Part shown: positions 48,001-58,654 of the stretch, piece after piece | Numbering within the stretch: position 1 is the first letter of the stretch | Layout of the letters: every line of letters begins with the position of its first letter | Assembly (NCBI GenBank): GCA_905178155.1 | Contig: CAJINV010000003.1 | Coordinates: 10,673,890-10,737,889 of the forward strand | Direction: 5' to 3' | Origin: Amoebophrya sp. A120 | Lineage: Eukaryota; Protista; Dinoflagellata | Length of the DNA: 64,000 bases | The notes under the pieces: model-generated | Databases searched by the model: none | What the model saw: only the letters and a program-made list of their open reading frames with translations | Told to the model about the DNA's origin: nothing | Program-made: the position numbers and the translations under genes

Positions 48001-49823
48001 TCGGCTTAATCATATTGGAGGTCGATCGGCAGGTTTGACTTCTCCGATGTAATTGATGCCCAGCACTTTCACTTTCGAGCCACGTTCTTTATGCCCCGGA
48101 ACAGTACTCAATTTTTTGACTACCAGGTATAGCCACACCCCGACGGATATCCACAGCAAATATTGGTATGTCTGGGTCTCTTGTGCAATTGAATTCTCAT
48201 CTGCCAGCGAGCCGTATGCAGGAGGATTGGACTACGGAAGGACGTCACGCAACTCCTGCATGCCGTGGTCAGAACCAGAAGTGCAGGCGCTAAGTAGCAT
48301 GAGCGCAGATTTTGCAACAAGTGCAAGGTCTTTACTTTGTCGTATAGCGACCCCACGACAAACATGACAATCATAATTCCTCCGTCTCAATGAATCATGA
48401 TATACGTGCTCGCAACTCGGCCAAAGTATAGAAGATGGGCATATTATTTTGAGAGAAGTCCCGCAATGGCAATACCGATTTTGGATGACACGCACACACT
48501 GAGGCTGACACTGTCACTGGACGCCGACGGCGCATCACAAGGCTGCTTAATTTATAGACGCAGAGCCAGACTACAACACATTTGCGTTGCATACGGGAGA
48601 TTTGCGACGAGGACGTAGCGTTTGACGCACGTGGTGATGCTGCCCTGGCCACCCAGACAAGTATGTTTGCGCACTACACCGACGAAGTTTTATATCCCAC
48701 GAAAAAAGTATTGATTCGCTGTATGGATTTTGCAAGGTTTGCATCACAAGCTTGCTCTAAAAATTGTCATGCGAGCCTCTAGGCACATAGAATGTGAATG
48801 AAAAGCAAAAGATAAAGAATTCCGCTGGCGCATAAAAAAGCTACCTCCACCTCGTCGAACTCACATAAGAACTCAAATCTGAATACGTTTTTGTAAGGTG
48901 TATGTGACAAGTTTTTTGTGATCTTACTTCCTCCACCTTTCTATTTTTATTTTTAGGGCCGTGAGTGCCGAAAGTACCAACGTCAACGACCTGCCCTTAG
49001 ACCTCTGATGTCATGCGAGCCTCCGAAGGGAGCACGAAAACAACGGTAAAAAACCACTCTTTTGCATGTGTCGCAAGAAAAACTCTTGCGAGATGCATTT
49101 TCTGCATAATTACATAGTTTACAGCGAAACAGTTTTTTCTTGCGATATTTTAACCACGCCTGGCGGCCGACTGCCAGAGCTTGGCACGCGTAATCCCGTC
49201 TCGCGACGGATGGTATTCTATGTAAAAACGTCCCCAGCACCCCATAGTCACGCTGGGAATTTTGCAACACAAATCGAGAAGCTTTGGCAGTCACGCATGA
49301 CAAGCGTCTCTCTGTAGTGTCGTGCAGGGTAGCAAAGAAAGCCGCGTCACGAACCCATCTGGTGATCCCGTCCACAACATTACAAATGCTAAAAGTAAAA
49401 CACGACGATAATGTACATTAATGCTTCTCATCGGGATGCGCATTACAAGCGTTCCTGCGTATGCAAATCATCTGCGTGACCGTGATAACTTGTATGAAGG
49501 AAGCATAGTGCTGTGCCGCACTTCTGCTTAGCATGACGACTATGGGGTACGGACGTTTTTACACAGGATAGATGGTGCTGGAGATTCAGGACGCGCCCTT
49601 TCCTGGGTCCGTGGGCTGGGATGCCAGCCGCAGCGGTTTCTCCAATATGGGCGACTACAGTGCGCAGCGGCCCAGTCTCTTCGGGCACGCAGTGGAGCAA
49701 GCGCTCGTAAACCACTACAAGCTCCGGGATGCGTTACGCAGCGTGTCGGTCAAGGTGATGGCAGCAAGCAATCGCGTCCAGAAACCATGCATGCAAGACC
49801 GAAAAATCGATATCTGCCTGTAA
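36071..49823 (+). CDS. Ankyrin-repeat + caspase-like (peptidase C14) protein; exons resolved 36071-~40120, 3' exons (46600-49823) only partly resolved
   Basis: Spliced: RGQTLWNLAAIGDVDGLL...RTPLWIAAAAGHLEAVKLLIALGANV...TPVEIAKKSGQPHVVYYL; RRIALLIGNTHY; DVALFYFAGLG; SIVILDACR; p10-like RPSLFGHAV...LRSVSVKVMAASNRVQKPC at 49572-49823. Linkage across 40.1-46.6 kb is inferred. Confidence 0.7.
36095..36416. mobile_element. 322-bp introner (family A)
   Basis: Perfect DR AGATG; perfect 13-nt TIR TATGCATTGCAAA. Confidence 0.92.
36466..36736. mobile_element. 271-bp introner
   Basis: Perfect DR CTTTG; TATGTAAAGAGAAAATAAGTG vs TATGAAAGAGAAAAAATAAAGTG; splice GQTL|WNLAA. Confidence 0.9.
36795..37264. 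mobile_element. 470-bp introner (family B)
   Basis: TATGGGAGTGTCAGGTTGAAGATCGA vs TATAGAACTGCCAGGCTTGAAATCGA; DR TGAAG/CGAAA; frame kept into SESVDQREP. Confidence 0.82.
37686..37920. mobile_element. 235-bp introner
   Basis: Perfect DR ACAGC, TAT...ATA; splice KSGQ|PHVVYYL completes an ankyrin repeat. Confidence 0.88.
39040..39334. mobile_element. 295-bp introner (family B)
   Basis: TATGGAAGCGTCAGGTTTGAAAGCGACAAAGT vs TATGGAGGCGCGAGCCTCGAAATTGACAAAGT; DR ATGCC/ATGCT. Confidence 0.85.
40164..41677. mobile_element. 1.5-kb non-autonomous TIR element with internal 109-bp tandem array
   Basis: Perfect 21-bp TIR TGGTAACCAAATGCGTGCGCG; GC-rich subterminal palindromes; no clear TSD. Confidence 0.8.
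40648..41080. repeat. ~4 x 109-bp tandem repeat
   Basis: CCACTTGGAA recurs at 40651, 40760, 40869 and 40978. Confidence 0.92.
42570..42735. repeat. 13-bp minisatellite (TTTTAGTTTTTAC)n
   Basis: AG recurs every 13 nt (42670, 42683, 42696, 42709). Confidence 0.9.
47538..47833. mobile_element. Probable 296-bp introner
   Basis: DR TGCAA/TGCTA, TATGA...TCATA ends; frame continues as PVDRIFNPGLHS; TIR weak. Confidence 0.55.
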
Positions 49824-51994
49824 GAACGGGCAGAAGATGGTCGCGCGTACGCAATTCGGGTGCCGCAGCAAATGGAACCACTAATCGCATGCCAGTGCGT
49901 CGAAGTTTCAGTTTCATTTATATACCAAATTCCATTTCTTGCAATTTCATGTTGACGTAATGTTTCTAGAGCTTATAATATAGACTTGTTTCATTTATTT
50001 CTACTGATATCATTTTCATGCAAAATATTTAGGAGCCACTTTACAGTAGATGATGCTGCAAGGAATCACAATGTATACACCAAGCTAATTCTACCGGCGC
50101 AAAAACAGTAGACTCCTATTAACCGCATGAGTAGTTAGTTTGTATGTAAAAGATGTTTTTCGGATCGGTCTACGTTCAAGATCTGGTATATGCCAATACT
50201 ACATGACCTGCAGGTGCAGTTGCCAATGGCATGTGGAAATCTTCACTATATCTAAAAGACATGATCCACGTGCAGCACGAGGAAGAAGAACATTACCATA
50301 CGCCAGGACATCAGAAAAACCTGAAGAAATGTAAAATTACGGTTTTGGCCAGCACAGCCACGACCGCGTTGTTACATCGGGCTTGAAAGAAAAAGGAAAA
50401 CTGTATTTGTTGCGGCCTACAACTGTTTCTACCTACGGGTACTATGGAAGTGGTGCGCTCAACATCTCACCGCGTCGTTGACCGACTTGTGATGAAGGCT
50501 GGTGTTCTCTACTTCAGGTGTTCGAGTCACAGTGACGCGGTCTACTTCAGGTAATGTGTGATTATATTCCACCTCGGAGTCGGACTTAAACCCGGCGGCA
50601 ACGCGGCCGAGGCTCGAACTCTCTGCCTACTTTTCAGCATAGACCGCCTTGCTTTGGGCAACTCCAACTAGTGCTGGCTAAATAAAAAACTTCCCATACA
50701 ACATTATCTATCATGCACAAATTTTGGACTTGAATTTGGAAACAGCAGCACCACCCCCACGGTCATGCCCTAACCAATTTGTACCGGATCTTTGAAAGCG
50801 CTTCAAACACTTACTGTTTACGTACACATAGCCGCACGCGCGCGCTTACTTGGTTATATTACCGCGATTCTGTGTCTGTGAAAAAAATTTACAAGTACAA
50901 ACGGACGAAACTGACCGAAAATACATCACTATGAAATTCAATGCTAGGTGGAGGTCAAGTAAAAGCACGAGAGTAGAAATAAGGCATCCGGATCTAGGAT
51001 GATTCTCCAGTCCCAGTCGCGGGCCTCCGCGATTGCAAAGCAGGATTTTTTGATTACGCATCATTCCACCTATCTGCGCCAACGCCACTCGTGCTCATTC
51101 GTTGAATTTCGACGCCTCAAACAACTTTCGCGGTGATCAAATAAATCACACGAAGGACAAGAAAGGATTGCGGCGCATCGGCTACCTTCTTCGCTCTATT
51201 GGTATCAGACCTCGGCACGGAAGTTGCGCTCTGTCAAAACTTTCGAAGGGAAAGCAAGCTATTTTTTCGAGAAGGGGTGTGTTTGGAGTAGGTCTACGTA
51301 GAAGAGACGCAGAAAGACGGAAAGCTGCAGAAGTGACTGCACTGCTAGTCCTCGTATTAGTGCCGGTTATCGTACTGCTAGTACAGAGACAAATTCGTTT
51401 TATTTCTGTATCACATTTGCGAGAACTATCCCCCATCCCCATGCTCGAGGCGCTTTCCTATGTATGAAAATAAGTGTACTACACAAATAAAAAATAGAAA
51501 TTATTTCAGTCCACCTGCAGAAAGAAATTTCAGATTCAAGCCCATCCATCGCAAGCACGAGACTTAGGCTTTTGGCAAGGCGACTGGCATGTCTCCATGG
51601 CGATGGAAATTATAGCAACAATACAGACTAGAAATACAGCAACAATACAGAAAAAGATACAAGTACAAATCTCTCCTCGTGCTTTGGGAATATAAATTTC
51701 CTGCACCGTGTCAGTGTGGAAAGCGCTGCGCCTCTAGCTTTGTCTTCTTGCAACAGCACGGATTTATTTTGTAGCCGCAAATCTACATTATCAGAGGTCC
51801 TCCTCGCATAGTGTGTGTAAGCGAGAAGATCCACCTGCGCCTTGTTTCTTGGATGGATACTACTAGTATGATAGTGAGAATATTTCTAAACGTCTACAGA
51901 AAGAATATCACAGGCGCTCTCTTTCAGAAACAGACTAGGGAAGGGGGATTTTTCATCATAATGCATCTAAGCATCCGACGTACAGACACCCACG

Positions 51995-54900
51995 ATGGCG
52001 GACGACTACGATCACCTCATAAAATTGTTGCTGTTGGGTGATTATGGACTGCAAAAGTGTCGTCCCAGTATGAGAGATTGTTTTTGTTTGCATGATTTGC
52101 AATAAAGAATACTTCTCTTTCTCGAGAAGCTCGCGATTATATGGAATTCCCTCAAGCCATAGACCTGTCATGCCCGACGCCAACTGCAATCAGTGTGACT
52201 ACGAGCGTCATACTTTTGCAATGCATAGCGATTCAGCTGTAGGCAAATCGTCGCTGCTGATGAGATTCACCGAAGACAAGTACGTCGTGGTTGCAGCAGT
52301 AGTTATAGTTGATAATGTTGCTTTGATATATAAATTTATGATATAGATATTTCACTATGATCATTTCCGCAAAGCCAATTGTTGACCTTGCCTCTCGCAC
52401 TTGTAGACTGAACAAGATACCTCCACCACCCTTGTGCAAAAAAAAAAAAACACCAGATTCGAACAGAATTTCGTGATTACCATCGGCGTTGATTTTCGCA
52501 TGAAGACGATCGAGCGAGGCAACAAGAAGCTACGGGTGCAGGTTTGGGATACCGCGGGACAAGAGCGGTTTCGCACGATCACGCCGGCCTACTACCGAAG
52601 TGCAATGGGAGTTGTATACGAGAGTGCATAAATCCTCCTCGCTCCTTCGTCCCCTCGCTTGATGATGTTATTCAACAACCACGCAGCTTTGCCAGTTGTT
52701 CATTTTCAATATGTTCGCTTGACCATGTGGCAATGACTGAGAAGGGACTCCAGCAACTCAAACAGTTACAGTAGCAGCACTACAATCCGCCATAAATTTC
52801 AATTTGTCATGCAGACGACATCGACTTCAAATTCAATCACCTTTGCAGCTAAGTACTGCTTCGGCTTCTGTTGCTGCTCGTCATGGCCTCCAAGAAATGA
52901 CGGGGAGTGGGACCGAGTTTTGTTGCACTTTCATATGCCCATGTGCTACGACATAACGGATATCAAAAGGAAACACGATCCCCCGTCCCCATATCGAAAC
53001 GAAGTTTCTGATGTTGGATTTGCGTAGACAAATCAGACCTGTCTTGCTGGAGAGGACTGCAGGCCCATATCAAGCCGGAGTAGAGAGGTTTTGGCCTGGG
53101 CGCTTAGCATGAAGAACGTCCGTAATCTAGAAGGCCCAACAGCATCGCAAACTGTTGGTCATGTAGTGATCTAGGGCCTACCTCCACGCAAGACTGAAGC
53201 TTCTACGAGATCCCGAAACGCCTGCGCTCTACATGCAAACGATGACGAGTTGAGCAAATCAGGACCCTAGGACGTTCCGCGTTTTGTTCTCCCGATCTGT
53301 ATGCCCTGGGCTAGGATTTTACTCAGGACCGGCGCCCTGGATAAAGCCCTTACCCAGGATGGCCGCCCTAGATCAAACCCTAGCCAGGAAGATGCTATGG
53401 CACCAATTTGGCCGACCTCAGGAGGTCCCAGATTCTGGCCAGTTCCTGGATCAAAACTTTAGCCAGGAGCGCCGTCCTAGATAAAGTCGCAGCATACAGA
53501 AGGGGAGACGTCTCATGATCTTAGCGCTGAGGTCTTGTGATGGTGGAATGATGAATGATGGCGCGCCTTGGATGGTGAATCTTCACAGGATGCAACGCAG
53601 CCAGAGGCTCTCCCCCTGTCTGCTCAGAGATTGAAGCGCTTGCGGTGATTGGCAGACCCTATCAGGTAGAAGCTTTGGCCACTCAGTGGGGCGGGTGTGC
53701 TCAAAGTCCAGCACAAACACAAAGCGCCGGCATAATGAGGCGGAACCTGTGGCGTTGCCATTTTGCAAGACAGGCGCGATCTGTGGCCACAAATCAGCAA
53801 AAGAAATACTCGAAAACATACCATGCCAATATGAGGAGGGGGAGTCTTTCCTTTTCATAACGGACGACGCGACTTTCGACAACGTGGAGATGTTATCCTG
53901 TGCAAAAGTATCGCATTCGTACTAGCAATGCCAGCTTCGCCTGGAAGTAGGGATTAGAAGATACGCAAACGTCAGCTAGCTAGCATGGCTAGATAGCGAA
54001 TTAGAAAGAAAAAAGCGCCGGGCCCCGAAGCAAAACAAAGCGCCGGCGCGCCCAATGTGCTTCGTTGTCGCGGCTCCCGCGCGCCCAGATTGGTCGCTCC
54101 ATTTCCGGCTCCCCAATCTGATCGTCCCGGCTCCGAGGTTCCCGATCTGGTCGTCCCGGCTTCGGCGCGCCCAATCTGGTCAACCCGGCCCCGAAGGTGC
54201 ATGGACGTGACTCGGTGGCGCCGGACAACTTCGGACCCGTCGGATTATTTTTGGTTGTCCGGCGAAGGTCGTCGGGCGACTTTTGGCCGGCCGTCCGTTC
54301 GAGCGCCGGCCGTCGGACGACTTTTCGCCGTTCGGCGGCCGTCGGACGACTTTTGGCCGTCCGACGGCCGTCGGGCGATTTTTGGCTGTCCGATGGCCGT
54401 CGGGCGACTTTTGGCCGTCAGACAACTTTCGGTTGCCCGACGGCCGTCGGACGACTTTCGGTTGTCCGGCGGCCGTTGGGCGACTTTTGGCCGTCCGACG
54501 GTCGTCGGGCGACTTTCGGTTGTCCGACGGCCGTCGGACAACTTCTGAGCCGTCGGGTCCGACGGTCGTCGGGCGACTTTTGGCTGTCCGACGGCCGTCG
54601 GACAACTTCTGAGCCGTCGGGTCCGACGGTCGTCGGGCGACTTTTGGCTGTCCGACGGCCGTCGGACAACTTCTGAGCCGTCGGGCGAATTTTGGTTGTC
54701 CGAGGATGGCCGTCGGACATACAACTGCTGAGCCGTCGGGCGACTTTTGTCCCAAGCTCAAACTCGAGCTTGTATCTCAAGTTCAATCTCGAGCTTCTTG
54801 TGCCTCAGACTCAAACTGGAGTTTCTATCTCAAACTCCAGCGTGTATCTGAGTTTCAAACTCGAGCTGGTGTCTCAAAATCAAACTGGAACTTGTGTCGC

Positions 54901-57729
54901 AAACTCGAGCCTCACACTTAAACTCAAACCTGAAGCCCAAGCTCGAGCGTGATGAAACTTAAGCTCGAGTTTGAAACTCGAGCTCATCGATAACTCATAT
55001 TAATACAAACAGAATCCCCTGGCCACAGAGAAACGGCAAAAAATTTCAAGACGCGCGCGCGCGCGCGTTACGCGCGCGCGGGTAACGCGTGCGCGAGCGC
55101 GGGCGCGCGTAATGCGCGCACGCGCGTAACGCGTACAGGGCCGGCAGGTTGCGGGGGCGGGGAATGGGGGGGGCCGCGCCCCCCCCCCCCGGCCGGGCAG
55201 GCAGGCACGCAGCCGGAAGGGAGCGGCAGCTGGCGGGGGCCGCGCCCCCTCCTCGGCGGCCGGGGGCCGGGCGCCGCGGGCACGCAGGCAGGCGGCCGGG
55301 AGCGGCAGCTGCCGGGGGCGGGGAGTGGGGGGGGCCNNNNNNNNNNNNNNNNNNNNNNNNNNNNNNNNNNNNNNNNNNNNNNNNNNNNNNNNNNNNNNNN
55401 NNNNNNNNNNNNNNNNNNNNNNNNNNNNNNNNNNNNNNNNNNNNNNNNNNNNNNNNNNNNNNNNNNNNNNNNNNNNNNNNNNNNNNNNNNNNNNNNNNNN
55501 NNNNNNNNNNNNNNNNNNNNNNNNNNNNNNNNNNNNNNNNNNNNNNNNNNNNNNNNNNNNNNNNNNNNNNNNNNNNNNNNNNNNNNNNNNNNNNNNNNNN
55601 NNNNNNNNNNNNNNNNNNNNNNNNNNNNNNNNNNNNNNNNNNNNNNNNNNNNNNNNNNNNNNNNNNNNNNNNNNNNNNNNNNNNNNNNNNNNNNNNNNNN
55701 NNNNNNNNNNNNNNNNNNNNNNNNNNNNNNNNNNNNNNNNNNNNNNNNNNNNNNNNNNNNNNNNNNNNNNNNNNNNNNNNNNNNNNNNNNNNNNNNNNNN
55801 NNNNNNNNNNNNNNNNNNNNNNNNNNNNNNNNNNNNNNNNNNNNNNNNNNNNNNNNNNNNNNNNNNNNNNNNNNNNNNNNNNNNNNNNNNNNNNNNNNNN
55901 NNNNNNNNNNNNNNNNNNNNNNNNNNNNNNNNNNNNNNNNNNNNNNNNNNNNNNNNNNNNNNNNNNNNNNNNNNNNNNNNNNNNNNNNNNNNNNNNNNNN
56001 NNNNNNNNNNNNNNNNNNNNNNNNNNNNNNNNNNNNNNNNNNNNNNNNNNNNNNNNNNNNNNNNNNNNNNNNNNNNNNNNNNGGGCGGGGGAACGGCGGC
56101 CGCGGGTCGGGCGGGCAGGCGGCAGGGATCGGCAGCGGGCCAGGCGGGGGCGCCACGGCCCGATGGGGGCCCGTTACCGATGGGCCCCTGGCTTAACGTT
56201 TAGATGGGGCTGCGCGCCGAAGCGCGGTTGGACGACACCGACGGCACTTTTTGAATTAACGTTTGGACGAAAATCTTGGCGCGCAGTTTTTTATTTTTCG
56301 AAGTTTCTTAATATTTTTCGAACGAACGACAGCGCGCGCGGTTTTTCTACCTAGCCGCACGAATTCCGCGGCCTTCAGTCTGTAACTTTTTGCTTTAACT
56401 GTACTGGCCAGGGGCCGGACTGCTTTCCCTAGTATTGTAGATATATAAGATTGCTTGCAAACATGCATTACAAATCTTTTTCTTGAGGTCGTAGATCAGC
56501 ACGACTACAAATTTCATTTCTCATGCTGGGAAAATTTAAATTTGTAAATGTAATGCGTTTATTTTTGTACGAGTACTACGTACAGAGCGATATTTTTGCA
56601 ATGCATAGATGTGGCTAAATAACCTCGACCAGCACGGCAGTTCCGCTATGACCTTCGTAGATGGAGTCTTAATCTCAACCAACGGAGCATAATTTATTTA
56701 TAAAGAAAAATAAATGATGAAGAAGATAATCTGTCACTGTCTAGCTCTACTCGTCTGGGTACTGAGCATAACATTAGACCTGGCGCTCCTGCAGATTAGG
56801 AGCGCCAGGTCTCGTGGCGACAGGAATTCGTTGGCATTTAAAGACGCAGCACGCGGACGAGACTCTCACGTCACTGTCTACAATTACAATTGCTCCAGTT
56901 GGGTTTGATGCTTCTTCAGCTGGCCATTTCATATCCGACGTCCAGAAAATTTTGATCGGCAACAAGAGCGACCTGGAGGAAAAGCGAAAAGTGCCGAAGG
57001 AGCGCGGCTTCGAGCTCGCGGCCAAGCATAAAATGCAGTTTTACGAGACCTCCGCGAAAACGGGGGATTTTGTCGAGGACTATCCACAGAAAATTTACCA
57101 TGCGCGTATGTCTCATTGTGTTTTTGCATGACGTCAATGTCAATGATTTTTACTCTTTATAAGTTTTTCGTATTTGCAGATGCAGTGTCATTGTGTATGA
57201 TTGTGATTCCAAGCGGCGAAGAAAATTCGTCGTGTGTATCATTATTTTGTAATGATCCAAATAGTAGAAGTAGACGAAAAGAAATAAGTACTAAGTACAA
57301 GGATTGTCGCAATCGCGCTCATTGTTCCAGTAAATCTAAATGATCCTGTTGCGCGCTCTCTCGCTATGATTTCCGTTTTGCTGAAAATTAGTAGAACAGG
57401 TCATGCGTTTTGTACTAAGTGTAAGTACGTTGACGTCGCATGCGGGAAATGATTTGTACTCCTTGTATAAGGGCGCCTTCAATGACATCGCCGACGCCGT
57501 AGTTGTCTGTAGGTACTCTGGCGATGCAGCAGGTAGCAATACTGCAAGTCCCTCGGCAGCGGGTGGCAAAAATACAACTGGAGCAAGTGCGCCCTCCGGT
57601 TCTAGTGCAGCCGCCTCCTCAGCAGGAAGCGGCTCAGCAGGGCAAAGCGGTAACATCACGCTCACAGCAGAGAATGCAGCAGGTCCGGGAGGACACAAGA
57701 ACAAAAAAAAAGGGAAGTGTGCCTGTTGA
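51995..57729 (+). CDS. Rab8/Sec4-like small GTPase, 244 aa, 8 exons (51995-52042, 52233-52279, 52457-52616, 52941-52960, 53865-53893, 56613-56646, 56939-57080, 57475-57729)
   Basis: [15 protein letters not shown]|[17 protein letters not shown]|[13 protein letters not shown]...[24 protein letters not shown]|MCYDIT|[10 protein letters not shown]|[11 protein letters not shown]|[13 protein letters not shown]...ETSAK...VED|AF...CAC; all G motifs and a CXC prenylation site; 735 nt in frame. Confidence 0.93.
52043..52227. mobile_element. 185-bp introner (family A), Rab intron 1
   Basis: TIR 14/16 (TATGGACTGCAAAAGT/TATGCATTGCAAAAGT); DR GTGAT/GCGAT; interrupts the P-loop. Confidence 0.92.
52617..52935. 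mobile_element. 319-bp introner with decayed DR, Rab intron 3
   Basis: TACGAGAGTGCA vs TATGAAAGTGCA (10/12); flanks TTGTA/TGCCC no longer match, but element+5 nt removal gives AMGVVMCYD. Confidence 0.8.
52961..53859. mobile_element. 899-bp introner, Rab intron 4
   Basis: Perfect DR ACGGA; TIR TATCAAAAGGAAA/TATGAAAAGGAAA extending ~35 nt. Confidence 0.92.
54230..54750. repeat. Tandem array of ~30-bp units built on the palindrome CCGACGGCCGTCGG (higher-order ~60 bp)
   Basis: Repeated GTCCGACGG(C/T)CGTCGG(G/A)CGACTTT units; followed by CTCGAG-rich and CG-run segments. Confidence 0.9.
55337..56082. other. Assembly gap (746 N)
   Basis: Run of N flanked by very GC-rich sequence. Confidence 1.
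56647..56933. mobile_element. 287-bp degenerate introner, Rab intron 6
   Basis: DR TCCGC/TCCGA; TATGA...TCATA; needed to join HGSS to [10 protein letters not shown]. Confidence 0.85.
57081..57469. mobile_element. 389-bp degenerate introner, Rab intron 7
   Basis: DR AGGAC/AGGGC; TAT...ATA; joins FVED to AFNDIA. Confidence 0.85.
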
Positions 57730-58654
57730 TGTGCTAAAATTTTCTTCAGAATTAGGCAACCACGTGACCTTTAATATTTTGCTGTGTCAGTTTGTGGCCT
57801 GTGGCTGTAAGTGTGTGCCTCTGGTAGGTGAAGCTGTGGATAGTCTGATGTAGAAAGAAAAGCTTTCGCTTCTCCGAAGGCTCTACGTAGCTGCAAGCCC
57901 GTGGCTGTAGCGATCACGTTTATTGAAGATATTTGGTGAACATGGGTTCAGCTGCCGTCCTGCCGCTACTAACAAGTAAAGCTCTTGCGCTAAGTTTTCG
58001 TCCTTGATCGAGGTGGGAGTGGCACAGCTGAGAGTTCGCTGGCGAGGTAGACTCGTCATGTTATCACTCCCTATGTAAGAGAGGCATCTGAAGACCTTCT
58101 GCACTCAGCAGTGGTTATGGAGGTGAGATGTTTTTTTAGTTCTCGCACAATTAAAAGACCTAGACCTACATAGCCCCTACCCGGGCAAAAAGGAAGCTGC
58201 AGCTCCTCTCTGCCAGCTCCTGTATGCGTTCCGATTTGGTTATCTCGTCTGGTTTGGCTGCGTTGTGCATGTGCTCGTGGCATGTCGGTGCACTTAGTCA
58301 AAACCTGAGAGTGAGATCGCTCCTGACGCGGAGAGTGAATGAGGCAGTGGCACATGCAATTGCGGAGCATTTTTTTCCTACTTTATGACCTTTTTTCTTC
58401 TTTCAAATGATGAAGGCTGGTATTGAAGCCGATCAGAGATGATATTGGGGGGAACCGACAGACCTACTCTTTTATCTTCGTAGTTAGAAATGCGACTGAT
58501 ACAAACATTCTGTTTCTGGGAACATGACAAGAAAAAGTAGAATGAACTACGTGTTGAGATTTGCTGTTCATGAGTGGCGCTTGTAAGAAAACCTGACTTC
58601 GTGTTGTAATTGTGTATTTCGTTATAGGTTTCGTTTTGCCAGACCAAAATCATC

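Larger units (their letters stand above)
53894..56607. mobile_element. ~2.7-kb introner (family A) with nested repeats and assembly gap, Rab intron 5
   Basis: Perfect DR GATGT; TIR 17/21; splice NVEM|WLNNL. Confidence 0.88.

Noticed and set aside
54230-54750. Palindromic ~30-bp repeats resembling a CRISPR array
   Set aside because: Units are contiguous with no unique spacers, there are no cas genes, and the context is a eukaryotic intron.
55068-56354. Long ORFs in the ORF track
   Set aside because: Artefacts of the N gap and GC-rich flanks.
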